The notes beneath the pieces are model-generated. The model did no database searches and had not been told where the DNA came from. It was given only the letters and a program-made list of their open reading frames with translations. Shown here piece after piece: positions 1 to 9,684 of a stretch of 64,000 bases of DNA. Origin of the DNA: an uncultured Verrucomicrobiae bacterium (lineage in GTDB: Bacteria > Verrucomicrobiota > Verrucomicrobiia > Limisphaerales > UBA11358); assembly GCA_963806905.1 (NCBI GenBank), contig CAWEAA010000008.1:462395-526394 (forward strand), given 5' to 3'. Within the stretch, counting starts at the first letter, position 1; each line of letters begins with the position of its first letter. Position numbers and translations under genes: made by a program.

Positions 1-820
1 GAATCAAACCATTGCACGCATCATGATTGAGGCGGGGAAACAGGCGCTCGCGAAATTTCCCGAACACGCGATTCAGGTCGTGCCCGTGGCCGATCGCGAG
101 GCGATTCCCATTTTGCTTTCGCTCACGCAATATATTGACCTTTGCATGCCCCGCGGCGGCGAAGGATTGATTCGCGCCGTGGCCGAGTGCTCGAAGGTGC
201 CGGTCATCAAACATTACAAAGGTGTCTGCCACGTTTTTGTGGACGCTCAAGCCGACTTGAAAATGGCCGGGGACATCGCGATGAACGCCAAAGTCCAGCG
301 TCCCGCGGTTTGCAACGCGATGGAAACGCTGCTCGTGGACAAGGCGGTCGCGGAAACATTTCTGCCTATCGTCGGAACGCGGCTCGGTGAGAAAAGGGTC
401 GAGTTACGCTGTGATGAACAGGCCCGTGCCATTCTTCAATCCGCAATCCGCAATCCGCAATCCACAATCCGGCCGGTGGCCGAACAGGATTTTTACACCG
501 AATACAACGATTACATCCTGAACATACGGGTCGTGGACGGGGTGCAGGCGGCGATTGATCACATTAATCAATACGGCTCGGCGCATTCGGACAGCATCGT
601 CACGAAGAACGAGGCGCACGCGAGGCAATTCCTCGCCGAGGTGGATTCCGCAACGGTTTATTGGAACGCCTCGACGCGGTTTACGGATGGCGGCGAGTTC
701 GGCATGGGCGCGGAAATCGGCATCAGCACCGACAAAATCGGCGCGCGCGGCCCGATGGGGCTGGAGGAATTGACCAGCTACAAGTGGATCGGCATCGGCA
801 CCGGACAGGTGCGGACCTGA
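1..820 (+). CDS. proA: Gamma-glutamyl phosphate reductase (5'-truncated by window edge)
   Basis: Motifs PRGGEGLI, VCNAMETLLV, NASTRFTDGGEFGMGAEIGIST, ARGPMGLEELT. Frame is open to the window start. Confidence 0.97.
   Translation, partial: NQTIARIMIEAGKQALAKFPEHAIQVVPVADREAIPILLSLTQYIDLCMPRGGEGLIRAVAECSKVPVIKHYKGVCHVFVDAQADLKMAGDIAMNAKVQRPAVCNAMETLLVDKAVAETFLPIVGTRLGEKRVELRCDEQARAILQSAIRNPQSTIRPVAEQDFYTEYNDYILNIRVVDGVQAAIDHINQYGSAHSDSIVTKNEAHARQFLAEVDSATVYWNASTRFTDGGEFGMGAEIGISTDKIGARGPMGLEELTSYKWIGIGTGQVRT
437..471 (+). repeat. Heptamer tandem repeat (CAATCCG)x5 inside proA
   Basis: caatccg caatccg caatccg caatcca caatccg, read as QSAIRNPQSTIR. Confidence 0.9.
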
Positions 821-954
821 TTTATCGAATGCAAAAGGTCCGCGGGTATTTGGTTTTGAATCAAGTCGCCAGCCGCATAACCGGATTGGTGTCCTCTTTA
901 TTGGTTACACCTGAAAATGTGCGCTGGCATGATTTGTGATGTAATATTTCAAGA

Positions 955-3321
955 ATGTTCATGAAAACCCATATTTCGAGATGCCGGGTACGTTGCCGAT
1001 GGTCGTGCTGGCTGCTGGCGGCTTTGACCCTCCACTTGACGGCGCGGGCTGACCAGATCATTTACGATGATGCGCTTGAAAACGGGTGGCAGAATTGGGG
1101 CTGGGCGACGATCAATTACGCGAACACCTCGCCGGTTCATTCCGGCAGCGATTCCATCAGTGTCACGATTGTCAACGGTTGGGATGGGATTCAAATCTGG
1201 CATAACGACATGGATTCCACGCCTTATGCGAGCATCAGCTTCTGGCTGAACGGCGGCACCAGCGGCGGGCAAAAACTTCAGATGTATGGCTTGGTGGACC
1301 TTAACGGCACAAATAATTGGGCCCAAAGCCCCCGGTACTCGATCGGCACACAGGCGGCCAATACCTGGCAGCAATTCATCGTGCCGCTTTCGGGGTTGGG
1401 AGTCGCCAGTTCGAACAACTTTACGGGTTTCGTGATCCAGGATTCGCAGGGTACGGCCGAGCCGACGTTTTACTTGGACGACATTTCACTGGTTGCCAAC
1501 GTTGTCGTGTCGGGCACCAATGCGCCGGTTTCCATCACGGTTAATGCGCAGGCAAACCGGAATCCTATCAGCCCTTTGATTTACGGCGTGGCGTTCGCGA
1601 CCTCGAATCAACTGGCGGATTTGAATTTCACCATGAACCGTTCCGGGGGCAACGCCGAGACGCGGTACAACTGGCAGCTCAACGCGCATAATCACGCGGC
1701 CGACTGGTATTTCGAAAGCATCGATGATGGGAACGCCACGCCCGGCGCGACGGCGGACGCCTTTGTCGCCAACAGCAAGTACGGCGGGGCGCAGCCGATG
1801 ATCACGATTCCCATGATCGGCTGGTCGCCCAAGCTGGGAACGGGCCGCAGCAAACTCTGGAGTTATTCCATTGCCAAATATGGCCCGCAAACCGACAGTG
1901 ACATCCACAACGCGCCATACAATAATCCGGATGCTGGCAACGGTATCAGCGTCACCAACGATACCCCGATTACCTGGAACAATCCCAATGACGCCAATTT
2001 TACAACCAATGTTGTTTTTCAACAAGGCTACGTCCAACACCTCCTCAATCAGTGGGGTTCCTCCACCAATGGCGGCGTGGGTTATTACTTCATGGACAAC
2101 GAGCACAGTATCTGGTTTGGGACGCATCAGGACATCCATCCGGTCGGCCCGACGATGCAGGAAATCTGGACCGATATGCTCACCTACGCCAGCATGGTAA
2201 AATCCAACGATCCCAACGCACTGGTTTGCGGGCCGGAGGAATGGGGCTGGAACGGTTACCTTTACAGCGGTTACGATCAACAATGGGCCGGTCAACATGG
2301 ATATCCAAGCGTGAGCACCTACCCCGACCGCACGGCCAACGGAGGATGGGATTATATGCCGTGGCTCCTGAACCATTTTCAACAGTACAATACCACCAAC
2401 CACCAGCGTCTCCTGGACTATTTCACCCTTCATTGTTATCCGCAGGAAGGCAGCGTCAGCGGAAACGCGGTTGACTCCGCGACGGAGTTGTTGCGGAACC
2501 AATCAACACGCCAGTTCTGGGACACCAATTACACCGATCCCAGTTGGATTGATGCCAAAATTGCGCTCATTCCCCGGATGCGAAGTTGGGTTACGACCAA
2601 TTATCCCGGTACCAAGATCGGCATCACGGAATACAACTGGGGAGCCGAACCTTACATCAACGGAGCGACCGCCCAGGCTGATATTCTTGGCATCTTTGGA
2701 AGTCAGGGTCTTGACCTGGCCACGCGCTGGACCACGCCTGACCCCAGCACCCCTACTTATCTGGCGATGAAGCTGTATCGCAACTACGACGGCAACAAAT
2801 CCACCTTCGGTGACACGAGCATTCTGACCGTGGTGCCCGACCCGGATGATCTCTCGGCCTTCGGCGCTGTGCGAACCAGTGACGGTGCGATGACGCTCAT
2901 GGTCATCAACAAAGACCTCAACAATGCAACGCCCATAACCGCAAGCATCACCAACTTCAACGCCACTGGAACGGTCCAGCGTTGGCAACTGACCTCCGCC
3001 AACGTCATTAGCCAGCTTGCGAACATCACACTCACGAATGGAGTTCTCAGCGATGTGGTTCCGTCTCAAAGCATCACGCTTTATGTTTTGCCTGCCCTGA
3101 ACGCTTTCAATTTACAAGCCGGCGCCAGGAACCCGACCAATCAACTGGCGCTTTGGCTCAATGGCCAAGCAGGGCTGGCTTATATTCTTCAATCTTCCAC
3201 GGACCTCGTTCACTGGGTTGGCGTCAGCACCAACACGCTTTCCAGCAATTCTTTCAGTTTTCTGGTCGGCACGACCAACCCGGCAAAAATGTTTTATCGC
3301 GGTCTTTTTAACTCACCGTAA
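955..3321 (+). CDS. Secreted glycoside hydrolase family 44 with N-terminal CBM-like domain
   Basis: Signal peptide. GH44-type motifs ISPLIYG, RSGGNAETRYNW, MDNEHSIW, GITEYNWG. C-terminal YILQSSTDLVHW...FYR domain. Confidence 0.88.
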   Translation: MFMKTHISRCRVRCRWSCWLLAALTLHLTARADQIIYDDALENGWQNWGWATINYANTSPVHSGSDSISVTIVNGWDGIQIWHNDMDSTPYASISFWLNGGTSGGQKLQMYGLVDLNGTNNWAQSPRYSIGTQAANTWQQFIVPLSGLGVASSNNFTGFVIQDSQGTAEPTFYLDDISLVANVVVSGTNAPVSITVNAQANRNPISPLIYGVAFATSNQLADLNFTMNRSGGNAETRYNWQLNAHNHAADWYFESIDDGNATPGATADAFVANSKYGGAQPMITIPMIGWSPKLGTGRSKLWSYSIAKYGPQTDSDIHNAPYNNPDAGNGISVTNDTPITWNNPNDANFTTNVVFQQGYVQHLLNQWGSSTNGGVGYYFMDNEHSIWFGTHQDIHPVGPTMQEIWTDMLTYASMVKSNDPNALVCGPEEWGWNGYLYSGYDQQWAGQHGYPSVSTYPDRTANGGWDYMPWLLNHFQQYNTTNHQRLLDYFTLHCYPQEGSVSGNAVDSATELLRNQSTRQFWDTNYTDPSWIDAKIALIPRMRSWVTTNYPGTKIGITEYNWGAEPYINGATAQADILGIFGSQGLDLATRWTTPDPSTPTYLAMKLYRNYDGNKSTFGDTSILTVVPDPDDLSAFGAVRTSDGAMTLMVINKDLNNATPITASITNFNATGTVQRWQLTSANVISQLANITLTNGVLSDVVPSQSITLYVLPALNAFNLQAGARNPTNQLALWLNGQAGLAYILQSSTDLVHWVGVSTNTLSSNSFSFLVGTTNPAKMFYRGLFNSP

Positions 3322-3444
3322 CAAAAATCATCTCCCGGAATCCCGGCTCCGGTTCCTTTGACGGGCCGGCTGGGACGTTCCATCGTCTGAACGCGCACGC
3401 GCGGACTCGATCAGCCGCCCGCGAAACGCCGGTTCATCACAGTG

Positions 3445-4758
3445 TCAGGGATACATCAGGCGGAAGAACAGGTTGCCCAACGGCGACGCGAGGGTGAGGC
3501 TCTTGTTGGTCCCGTTGTCGGTAATGCCACCGCTGGCCGACCAGTTCGTCGTCGCAGGATTTGAATTCTGCTGCAAGGTCCATCCCCACCAAGACGACGG
3601 CCAGGACACGATGACATTGCTGGCCGAATGATTGATGATAAGCTTGGGCGGCGGGAAAGTCGAAGTGTTGATCACCACCGAAAGCGTGTTCGAACCGGAG
3701 TTGGCGCTGATTAAATCCGGTTTGCCATCCCCGTTCACATCCGCCGCTGTGACTGAATAAGGTCCCCCACCCACGGGATAGGTGCCGCCGGTCGCGAAGT
3801 TGCCATTCCCGACGTTGATCAACACCGAAAGCGTGTTGTCATCGTAATTGGCGCAGATCAAATCCGGCCGGCCATCGCCATTGACATCTGCAGACGTAAC
3901 TGAATGAGGCCCGATGCCCACGCCCGGCGAGGAGGCGAGTGCGAAGCCGCCGCTCCCATCGTTCGTCAATACCGAAAGTGTGTCAACCATCAGATTCGCG
4001 CAGATCAAATCCGCCTTGCCATCGCCGTTCACATCCGCCGTGGTGACTGAAAAAGGAATGCCGCTCACGGCATAATTGGTGGCAGTCCCAAAGCCACCGC
4101 TCCCATCGTTCGTCAGCACTGAAAGCGTACTGGCACCGGAGTTCGCGCAGATCAAATCCGCCTTGCCATCCCCATTCACATCCGCCGCCACAACGGATAT
4201 GGGCGCAGCGCCCACGGCGTAGGTGCCGGCGGTCACGAAGGCGCCATTCCCTTTGTTCGTCAGCACCGTGAGTGTATTGGCACCATAGTTCGCGCAGATC
4301 AAATCCACCTTGCCATCCCCGTTCACGTCTGCCGCCGTGACCGACCTGGGGTGGAGGCCGACGGGATAGGTGCCGGCGGTCACAAAGCGGCTGCTCCGGT
4401 TATTGGTCAAAACCGAAAGTGTGTTGGAACCATAGTTCGCGCAGATCAAGTCCATCCTGCCATCGCCATTCACGTCAGCCGCCGTGACGGATATCGGATT
4501 GCCGCCCACGACATAAGTGCCGGAGTTCGTGAAGCCGCCACTCCCGTTGTTGGTTAACACCGAGAGCGTGTTGGAGCTGTAGTTCGCGCAGATCAAATCC
4601 ACCTTGCCATCCCGGTTGATATCTGCGGCCGTGACCGACACCGGAAAACCGCCCACTGCCGGCGAGGAGGCGAGGGTGAAAGAGACTTGGGCATGGAGGT
4701 GAAGGTGAAGAAAAATCAAAGCCAACCCTGCGACCGGCAGCTTGAGTGACGCTTTCAC
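3445..4758 (-). CDS. Secreted FG-GAP/VCBS repeat beta-propeller protein
   Basis: Seven repeats of SVTAADVNGDGKxDLICAN...NTLSVLTN. Signal peptide. C-terminal WTLQQNSN..TNWS...FFRL domain. Confidence 0.92.
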   Translation of the reverse strand: MKASLKLPVAGLALIFLHLHLHAQVSFTLASSPAVGGFPVSVTAADINRDGKVDLICANYSSNTLSVLTNNGSGGFTNSGTYVVGGNPISVTAADVNGDGRMDLICANYGSNTLSVLTNNRSSRFVTAGTYPVGLHPRSVTAADVNGDGKVDLICANYGANTLTVLTNKGNGAFVTAGTYAVGAAPISVVAADVNGDGKADLICANSGASTLSVLTNDGSGGFGTATNYAVSGIPFSVTTADVNGDGKADLICANLMVDTLSVLTNDGSGGFALASSPGVGIGPHSVTSADVNGDGRPDLICANYDDNTLSVLINVGNGNFATGGTYPVGGGPYSVTAADVNGDGKPDLISANSGSNTLSVVINTSTFPPPKLIINHSASNVIVSWPSSWWGWTLQQNSNPATTNWSASGGITDNGTNKSLTLASPLGNLFFRLMYP

Positions 4759-5087
4759 AATGAATTTTCTGGTCGGTCAACTATCTCGCAGGAAAATCCT
4801 CGCGGCTTTTCATGGCTTCCTTAACCGTGCGCGCGATCCGGAACGATTTGAAATTCCACGCGGTTGCCGACACTGATATCATGATAGTTTAGAGGATATT
4901 CATTTCTTTTCAAGCAAATTAGCCCGCAACCTGAAATCTCCGCTATCGCGCCGGGCTGGTCGTCGGCAATGACCACGCCCCACATTTCAAGGACGGGTGC
5001 TAACCGGGACTAACCTTCTAATCCATAGCAGCGCGCTTGTCAGCCGCCGGTTTAATTGAGAACTTCTTTGGCCGTGGTTAAATATTT

Positions 5088-6458
5088 GTGAACGCTGCCG
5101 ATCAAGCCAAATTCATCCGTGACTCGCTCCCGCCCGGGGGTTTGTTCGCCGGACTTGACTGGCGGATTTCGCCGGAACCGTTTTCGCTCAGCGCGGAACT
5201 GGCCGGGGAAATCGAATCGCTGGGCCGGGTGTTGCTGCAATTTTACCGTGCGGTCAATCTGCTTTACCGCAAAAGCGCCGAGGGCAAACAGGCGGAATGG
5301 GTCGCGCGCTGGCTCGATCTTGGCAAGCCGGCGGAACTCATCGCGCTCCAGCGATCGCCTGCGTTCAAAAACGACGTGCCGCGTGTCATCCGTCCCGACA
5401 TTTTGCTGACGGAGACCGGCATCAGCATCACCGAACTCGACAGCGTGCCCGGCGGCATCGGGCTGACAGCGTGGCTCAATAAAACTTATTGCGGAATGCG
5501 GAATGCGGAATGCGGAGCGACTGGCTCACAGAATCAATCCGAACGACGAACTGCGAACTCCGAACTCATTGGCGGCCCCGACGGAATGATTCGCGGCTTT
5601 GAAAGCATATTCGGCGATGCCAAACAAGTTCACATTGTCGTCTCGGAGGAATCGGCGACTTACCGGCCGGAAATGGATTGGCTCTCAAAGCAGATGCGAA
5701 GTGCGAAGTGCGAGGTGCGAAGTGCCGGGTTCACGGATTTTGCCGGGGGCGACGCGGTGTATCGTTTTTTCGAGTTGTTCGATCTGGCAAACGTGCCGAA
5801 TTCAAAAAAGATTTTTGAACTGGCGGCTGAAAAGCGGATTCGTCTCACGCCGCCTCCGAAGCCGGTGTTTGAGGAAAAAATGCTTTTCGCATTGCTATGG
5901 AACCGGAACCTGCAAGGTTTCTGGCGGCAGGAACTCGGCGAAGGTTTTTTTGTCCGGCTGAAAAAATTGGTCCCTTACACATGGATCATTGACCCGACGC
6001 CGTTACCGCCGCAGGCGGCGATTCCCGAATTGAACCTGACAGACTGGCAGCAGCTCAAAACGCTGTCGCAGCGCGAGCGCGACTTGATTCTGAAAGTGTC
6101 CGGGTTTTCCGAACACGCGTGGGGTGCGCGCGGGGTTTTTCTCGGCAGCGATTTGCCGCAGGCGGACTGGGCGAAGGCGGTGGACGACGCCATTCAACAT
6201 TTCAACCGGTCGCCGCGCGTTCTCCAGCGTTATCACAAACCCGCGCTCGTCGAGGCACAGTGGTTTGTTTTTGAGAAAAACTCCGTTGAGACGATGAAGG
6301 GGCGGGTGCGGCTGTGTCCGTATTATTTTGTTTCCGGCGAAGGCGACGCGGCACGTCCGCAACTGGGCGGGGTGCTGGCAACGGTGAATCCCGCGGACAA
6401 GAAAATCATTCACGGCATGATGGACGCGATTCTGGCGCCGTGCGCGCTTTCAAGCTGA
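5088..6458 (+). CDS. Putative ATP-grasp-fold ligase (circularly permuted/glutathionylspermidine-synthase-like)
   Basis: RPDILL..ITELDSVPGGIG, LILKVSGFSEHAWGARGV, VLQRY, RVRLCPYYF motifs. Confidence 0.65.
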   Translation: MNAADQAKFIRDSLPPGGLFAGLDWRISPEPFSLSAELAGEIESLGRVLLQFYRAVNLLYRKSAEGKQAEWVARWLDLGKPAELIALQRSPAFKNDVPRVIRPDILLTETGISITELDSVPGGIGLTAWLNKTYCGMRNAECGATGSQNQSERRTANSELIGGPDGMIRGFESIFGDAKQVHIVVSEESATYRPEMDWLSKQMRSAKCEVRSAGFTDFAGGDAVYRFFELFDLANVPNSKKIFELAAEKRIRLTPPPKPVFEEKMLFALLWNRNLQGFWRQELGEGFFVRLKKLVPYTWIIDPTPLPPQAAIPELNLTDWQQLKTLSQRERDLILKVSGFSEHAWGARGVFLGSDLPQADWAKAVDDAIQHFNRSPRVLQRYHKPALVEAQWFVFEKNSVETMKGRVRLCPYYFVSGEGDAARPQLGGVLATVNPADKKIIHGMMDAILAPCALSS

Positions 6459-6480
6459 AGCTGCAACCTCGAACAACGGC

Positions 6481-7389
6481 TTATTTGCCCCGGTTAAAAT
6501 CATCAACAACCTGACGGATGGCGTAGGTGTGTTCGGGCGTGCTGCCACAGCAGGAGCCGATGATGTTGGCGCCAACGGCCAGCAGTTCCGGCACGCCGGC
6601 CGCCATTTCAGCCGGGGTCTGTTTATAAACCGCCTTTCCTCTTTCCAGCACGGGTAGGCCGGCATTGGGCTGCGCCATCGCGGGCAATGTGCAATTCTCG
6701 CGATAAAGCCGGACAACCTTTGTCGCGCCCGCCATGTCCATCCCGGTGCCGCAATTCAACGCCACAATGTGTGCGCCTCTTTCTTCCACAAACTGGGCGG
6801 CCTGGTCGGGCAACACCCCCATCATCGTCACGAAAAATGTCTTGTCCGCGGACAAATCATAAGCGAGCGAGCCGATGATGCATGGCGCACCGGCGGTTCT
6901 GGCGGCGTCGATGGCCAGACCGAGTTCATCGAGCGATGTTTGCGTCTCGATGATGATCGCGTCCACACCCGCTTCAACGAGGGCGTGCGCCTGTTCTTCG
7001 AGCGCGACACGCGCGGCGGTCTGCGAAAGGTCGCCGTAGGGTTCCAGAATCGCGCCGAGCGGGCCGATGTCGCCCAGCACGTATCCCGGGCGATTGCCAA
7101 ACGCCTCGCGCGCGATGCGCGCGCCGGCCTGGTTGATTTCCCGGACTTTGCCGGCGACGCCATGCCGCTTCAGGACAGTGCGGCTGCCGCCAAACGTATT
7201 GGTGATGAGACAATCGGTGCCGGCTTCCACGTAACGGCGCTGGATCGCAAGGACGCGGTCGGGGTTTGTCAGATTCCAGAGTTCGCCGCAGGCGCCGCTT
7301 TCGAGGCCGGCAAGCATAAGTTGCGTGCCCATCGCGCCGTCGCAGACGAGGCGGCGTTCGAACGCGGCTTCTTGAAGCAGTTTTTTCAT
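6481..7389 (-). CDS. Homocysteine S-methyltransferase family protein (MetH N-terminal-domain-like)
   Basis: DGAMGTQL, ITNTFGG, ALNCG, PNAGLP, IGSCCGSTPEH zinc-binding motifs. Confidence 0.92.
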   Translation of the reverse strand: MKKLLQEAAFERRLVCDGAMGTQLMLAGLESGACGELWNLTNPDRVLAIQRRYVEAGTDCLITNTFGGSRTVLKRHGVAGKVREINQAGARIAREAFGNRPGYVLGDIGPLGAILEPYGDLSQTAARVALEEQAHALVEAGVDAIIIETQTSLDELGLAIDAARTAGAPCIIGSLAYDLSADKTFFVTMMGVLPDQAAQFVEERGAHIVALNCGTGMDMAGATKVVRLYRENCTLPAMAQPNAGLPVLERGKAVYKQTPAEMAAGVPELLAVGANIIGSCCGSTPEHTYAIRQVVDDFNRGK

Positions 7390-7664
7390 AGTCCGGCTTT
7401 CAGAGTCCACTAAGCGACGGCCATTTCAAGCCATTTCGACGACGGCCGAAGCGGACTGCGCCAGGCCTGAACCGCCCGTTGCCCGCGGCCAATAACGCTG
7501 AGGCCCCTGGCACGGACAATCATGGCGAATTAACTTGCCATACAATCGGCCCTTTTCAAAATAGTTGCTATCGGGTTTATGATGTCCGAAATTGAGGCAC
7601 GGGGTTTTGGCTTGGTTGGAAGTTTGCCAAGCCTTGGAGTAAGTCGTCGATTTTCAACTTCAAG

Positions 7665-7739
7665 GCCAGCTTAGCTCAGCGGTAGAGCAACGGTTTTGTA
7701 AACCGTGGGTCGTCGGTTCGATCCCGACAGCTGGCTCCA
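7665..7739 (+). tRNA. tRNA-Thr(TGT), 75 nt with encoded CCA, contains attL
   Basis: Acceptor GCCAGCT/AGCTGGC, D-arm GCTC..GAGC, anticodon stem ACGGT/ACCGT with loop TTTGTAA, T-arm GTCGG-TTCGATC-CCGAC. Confidence 0.98.
7687..7739 (+). repeat. attL core (53 bp, 3' part of tRNA-Thr)
   Basis: 50/53 identical to 22900-22952. Confidence 0.96.
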
Positions 7740-7756
7740 GTTAACATTGGAGCATT

Positions 7757-8020
7757 ATGAAAAATGTCACGAACGATGCAAGACAAATTTTAATTAGGAT
7801 TTTGTTGGCACAAAAAGTGAATCAGCCAGACGGTTTTGATCCGTTAGGTTGCAACCTGATCAACATCGTCCTCGACGTGCTCGGGGCTCCTCCGGACTCG
7901 ATCAGATGTTGGAACAGAGAGCGTTTTTTTGTGGAGTGGGAAAAAGTCGAGGCTGATGAAGTTAGCATCGAAAAGTTCCTGGATCAGGTCGCTCAGGACC
8001 TCGATCCGGTACGCAACTGA
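7757..8020 (+). CDS. Prophage hypothetical protein (87 aa)
   Basis: ATG preceded by GGAG, first ORF inside attL. Confidence 0.65.
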   Translation: MKNVTNDARQILIRILLAQKVNQPDGFDPLGCNLINIVLDVLGAPPDSIRCWNRERFFVEWEKVEADEVSIEKFLDQVAQDLDPVRN

Positions 8021-8030
8021 TCAATGAGCT

Positions 8031-8330
8031 ATGCGGAAAATTAACCCCAAGACTTTCGAGGCCAGGACGTTCAGGGAATCCGAGAGAATGGACATGGTAC
8101 TAGCGCTGCCCGAAGAACTGCTTCACGAATTTTTGCTTTACCAGCGGGAGGAATGGCCGGAAGGAGCCGATTTGCGGCCGGCAGCGGAAGCGCAGTTGCA
8201 GCGTCTGGCTTCAGCGAGCACCAAGAAGGTTATCAAACAAAATCGAAAATTGAGTCTATCAGCCGTTGCCATCGCCCTTTTGTCTCTAGCCGTTGCCATC
8301 GCTTCTTTCGTCCTTTCTCTTCTTCGATGA
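8031..8330 (+). CDS. Prophage hypothetical protein with C-terminal TM helix (99 aa)
   Basis: Hydrophobic tail LSLSAVAIALLSLAVAIASFVLSLL, 10 bp after previous ORF. Confidence 0.65.
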   Translation: MRKINPKTFEARTFRESERMDMVLALPEELLHEFLLYQREEWPEGADLRPAAEAQLQRLASASTKKVIKQNRKLSLSAVAIALLSLAVAIASFVLSLLR

Positions 8331-8568
8331 GCATCATGCCGCACTCGCAAAAACCGATTCGCCGAACGCCAGTATGCACGTTCGAGACTAGAGCAACTTC
8401 ACACTCGACGATCTCAGCGCAACGTGGGCAATGATAGTGAACAGCATACATCCACGTCGGCCATTTGACTGACTGGGGTGTTTCAATTTTGGTGCTCGCT
8501 TCGGTTTTCATGATGGCCATCAAAGCACAGGGCTTGCCACTTGACCCGGCGTTTACGCTGCCGCGGGT

Positions 8569-9366
8569 ATGACTCTCAAAAATTCTCTCACCACATGGGC
8601 TGCGTTGCGTGCTCCGGTCGTGAAGCCGCGGACGCGGGACTATCATCAGGAACTTATCGGCTGCATTTTCCGGAACTGGCCCGGCATGGAGGACGTGGAC
8701 GTGCTGGCGATCGCGGAGCCGGCCGTCCTGGAGTTCATCGAGCGCATCGAGCATTTGAGTGCGACGCGATACAATGGAATCCTCACGATGCTTAAAGCGG
8801 TCCTGCCGGCCGCAAAAAATCTTCGACGCCGGCGGATCCGGATGAAGGACCGGCCGTTGCTCTCACAACTGGAATTTTCTCGACTCCTGCAGGAGCTCGA
8901 CGGCCGGCCGAAGAGTCACGCGGGCCTGGTGATCCGTTTTCTATCGCACACGGGTTTGCGAATCGCGGAGGCCCGGGCCATCCGATGGCCCGACGTCCAC
9001 GAAGATTTTATCCTGGTGCCTGGCACCGTCAGTAAGAGCGGCCGGCCGCGTGTGATCCCGTTTGTGAACGGCGTTGCCGACGCACTGCAGGGCTTGAGAG
9101 GCCTCGCCGGCGATTCGGGGGCGGTGATTCCCCAGGGAGAGTGCAAACGGTCGCTGCAAACGTCCTGCGAGCTTGCAGGCCTGCCGCGATTGTCGCATCA
9201 CAGTTTCCGTCACTTGTTCGCCACGCGCTGCATTGAGAGCGGCGTAGATCTGCCGACGGTTGCGCGTTGGCTCGGCCATCAGGACGGAGGAGCGTTGCTA
9301 TCCCGGACCTACTTCCACCTGGTGGACGAGCACAGCCGGCGAATGGCTGCAAAGGTCCGGATCTAA
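8569..9366 (+). CDS. int: Tyrosine recombinase/integrase (265 aa)
   Basis: Complete catalytic set: TGLRIAE (R), SKSG (K), HSFRH, WLGH, RTYFH (Y). Confidence 0.95.
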   Translation: MTLKNSLTTWAALRAPVVKPRTRDYHQELIGCIFRNWPGMEDVDVLAIAEPAVLEFIERIEHLSATRYNGILTMLKAVLPAAKNLRRRRIRMKDRPLLSQLEFSRLLQELDGRPKSHAGLVIRFLSHTGLRIAEARAIRWPDVHEDFILVPGTVSKSGRPRVIPFVNGVADALQGLRGLAGDSGAVIPQGECKRSLQTSCELAGLPRLSHHSFRHLFATRCIESGVDLPTVARWLGHQDGGALLSRTYFHLVDEHSRRMAAKVRI

Positions 9367-9515
9367 CTTGCAAACGGATTGAACGCGTAGGTGAAGAAGA
9401 GCGACGGGGCAGTCGCCTGGGGAGTGAGCGGGGCATTTTTGATGGCCCGGTACAAGGCGATCGCCAGGTAAATTCCGCCACCGATCAACAGCCAGAGTTT
9501 CCAATGTTTTTTCAT
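9363..9515 (-). CDS. Small prophage membrane protein (50 aa, below ORF-track cutoff)
   Basis: MKKHWKLWLLIGGGIYLAIALYRAIKNAPLTPQATAPSLFFTYAFNPFAS. Last gene of the tightly packed minus-strand operon, stop overlaps the integrase stop. Confidence 0.75.
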   Translation of the reverse strand: MKKHWKLWLLIGGGIYLAIALYRAIKNAPLTPQATAPSLFFTYAFNPFAS

Positions 9516-9519
9516 AAAG

Positions 9520-9684
9520 TCAGGAGGAAGCCGGTTTGGATCCGAACAGCGAGAGAACTGTCCCCAGCGTGCTGTTGGAACTCAGCGTAGAGGACAACTG
9601 GCTCTTGACGATGAGGGTCCAGACGATCAGCGCGATGAACACGCCGAGCGTCACGGCCAAAAGCATCGAAAAGAAATCTTTCAC
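9520..9684 (-). CDS. Small prophage membrane protein (54 aa, below ORF-track cutoff)
   Basis: MKDFFSMLLAVTLGVFIALIVWTLIVKSQLSS..., GTGA overlap with upstream stop. Confidence 0.78.
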   Translation of the reverse strand: MKDFFSMLLAVTLGVFIALIVWTLIVKSQLSSTLSSNSTLGTVLSLFGSKPASS

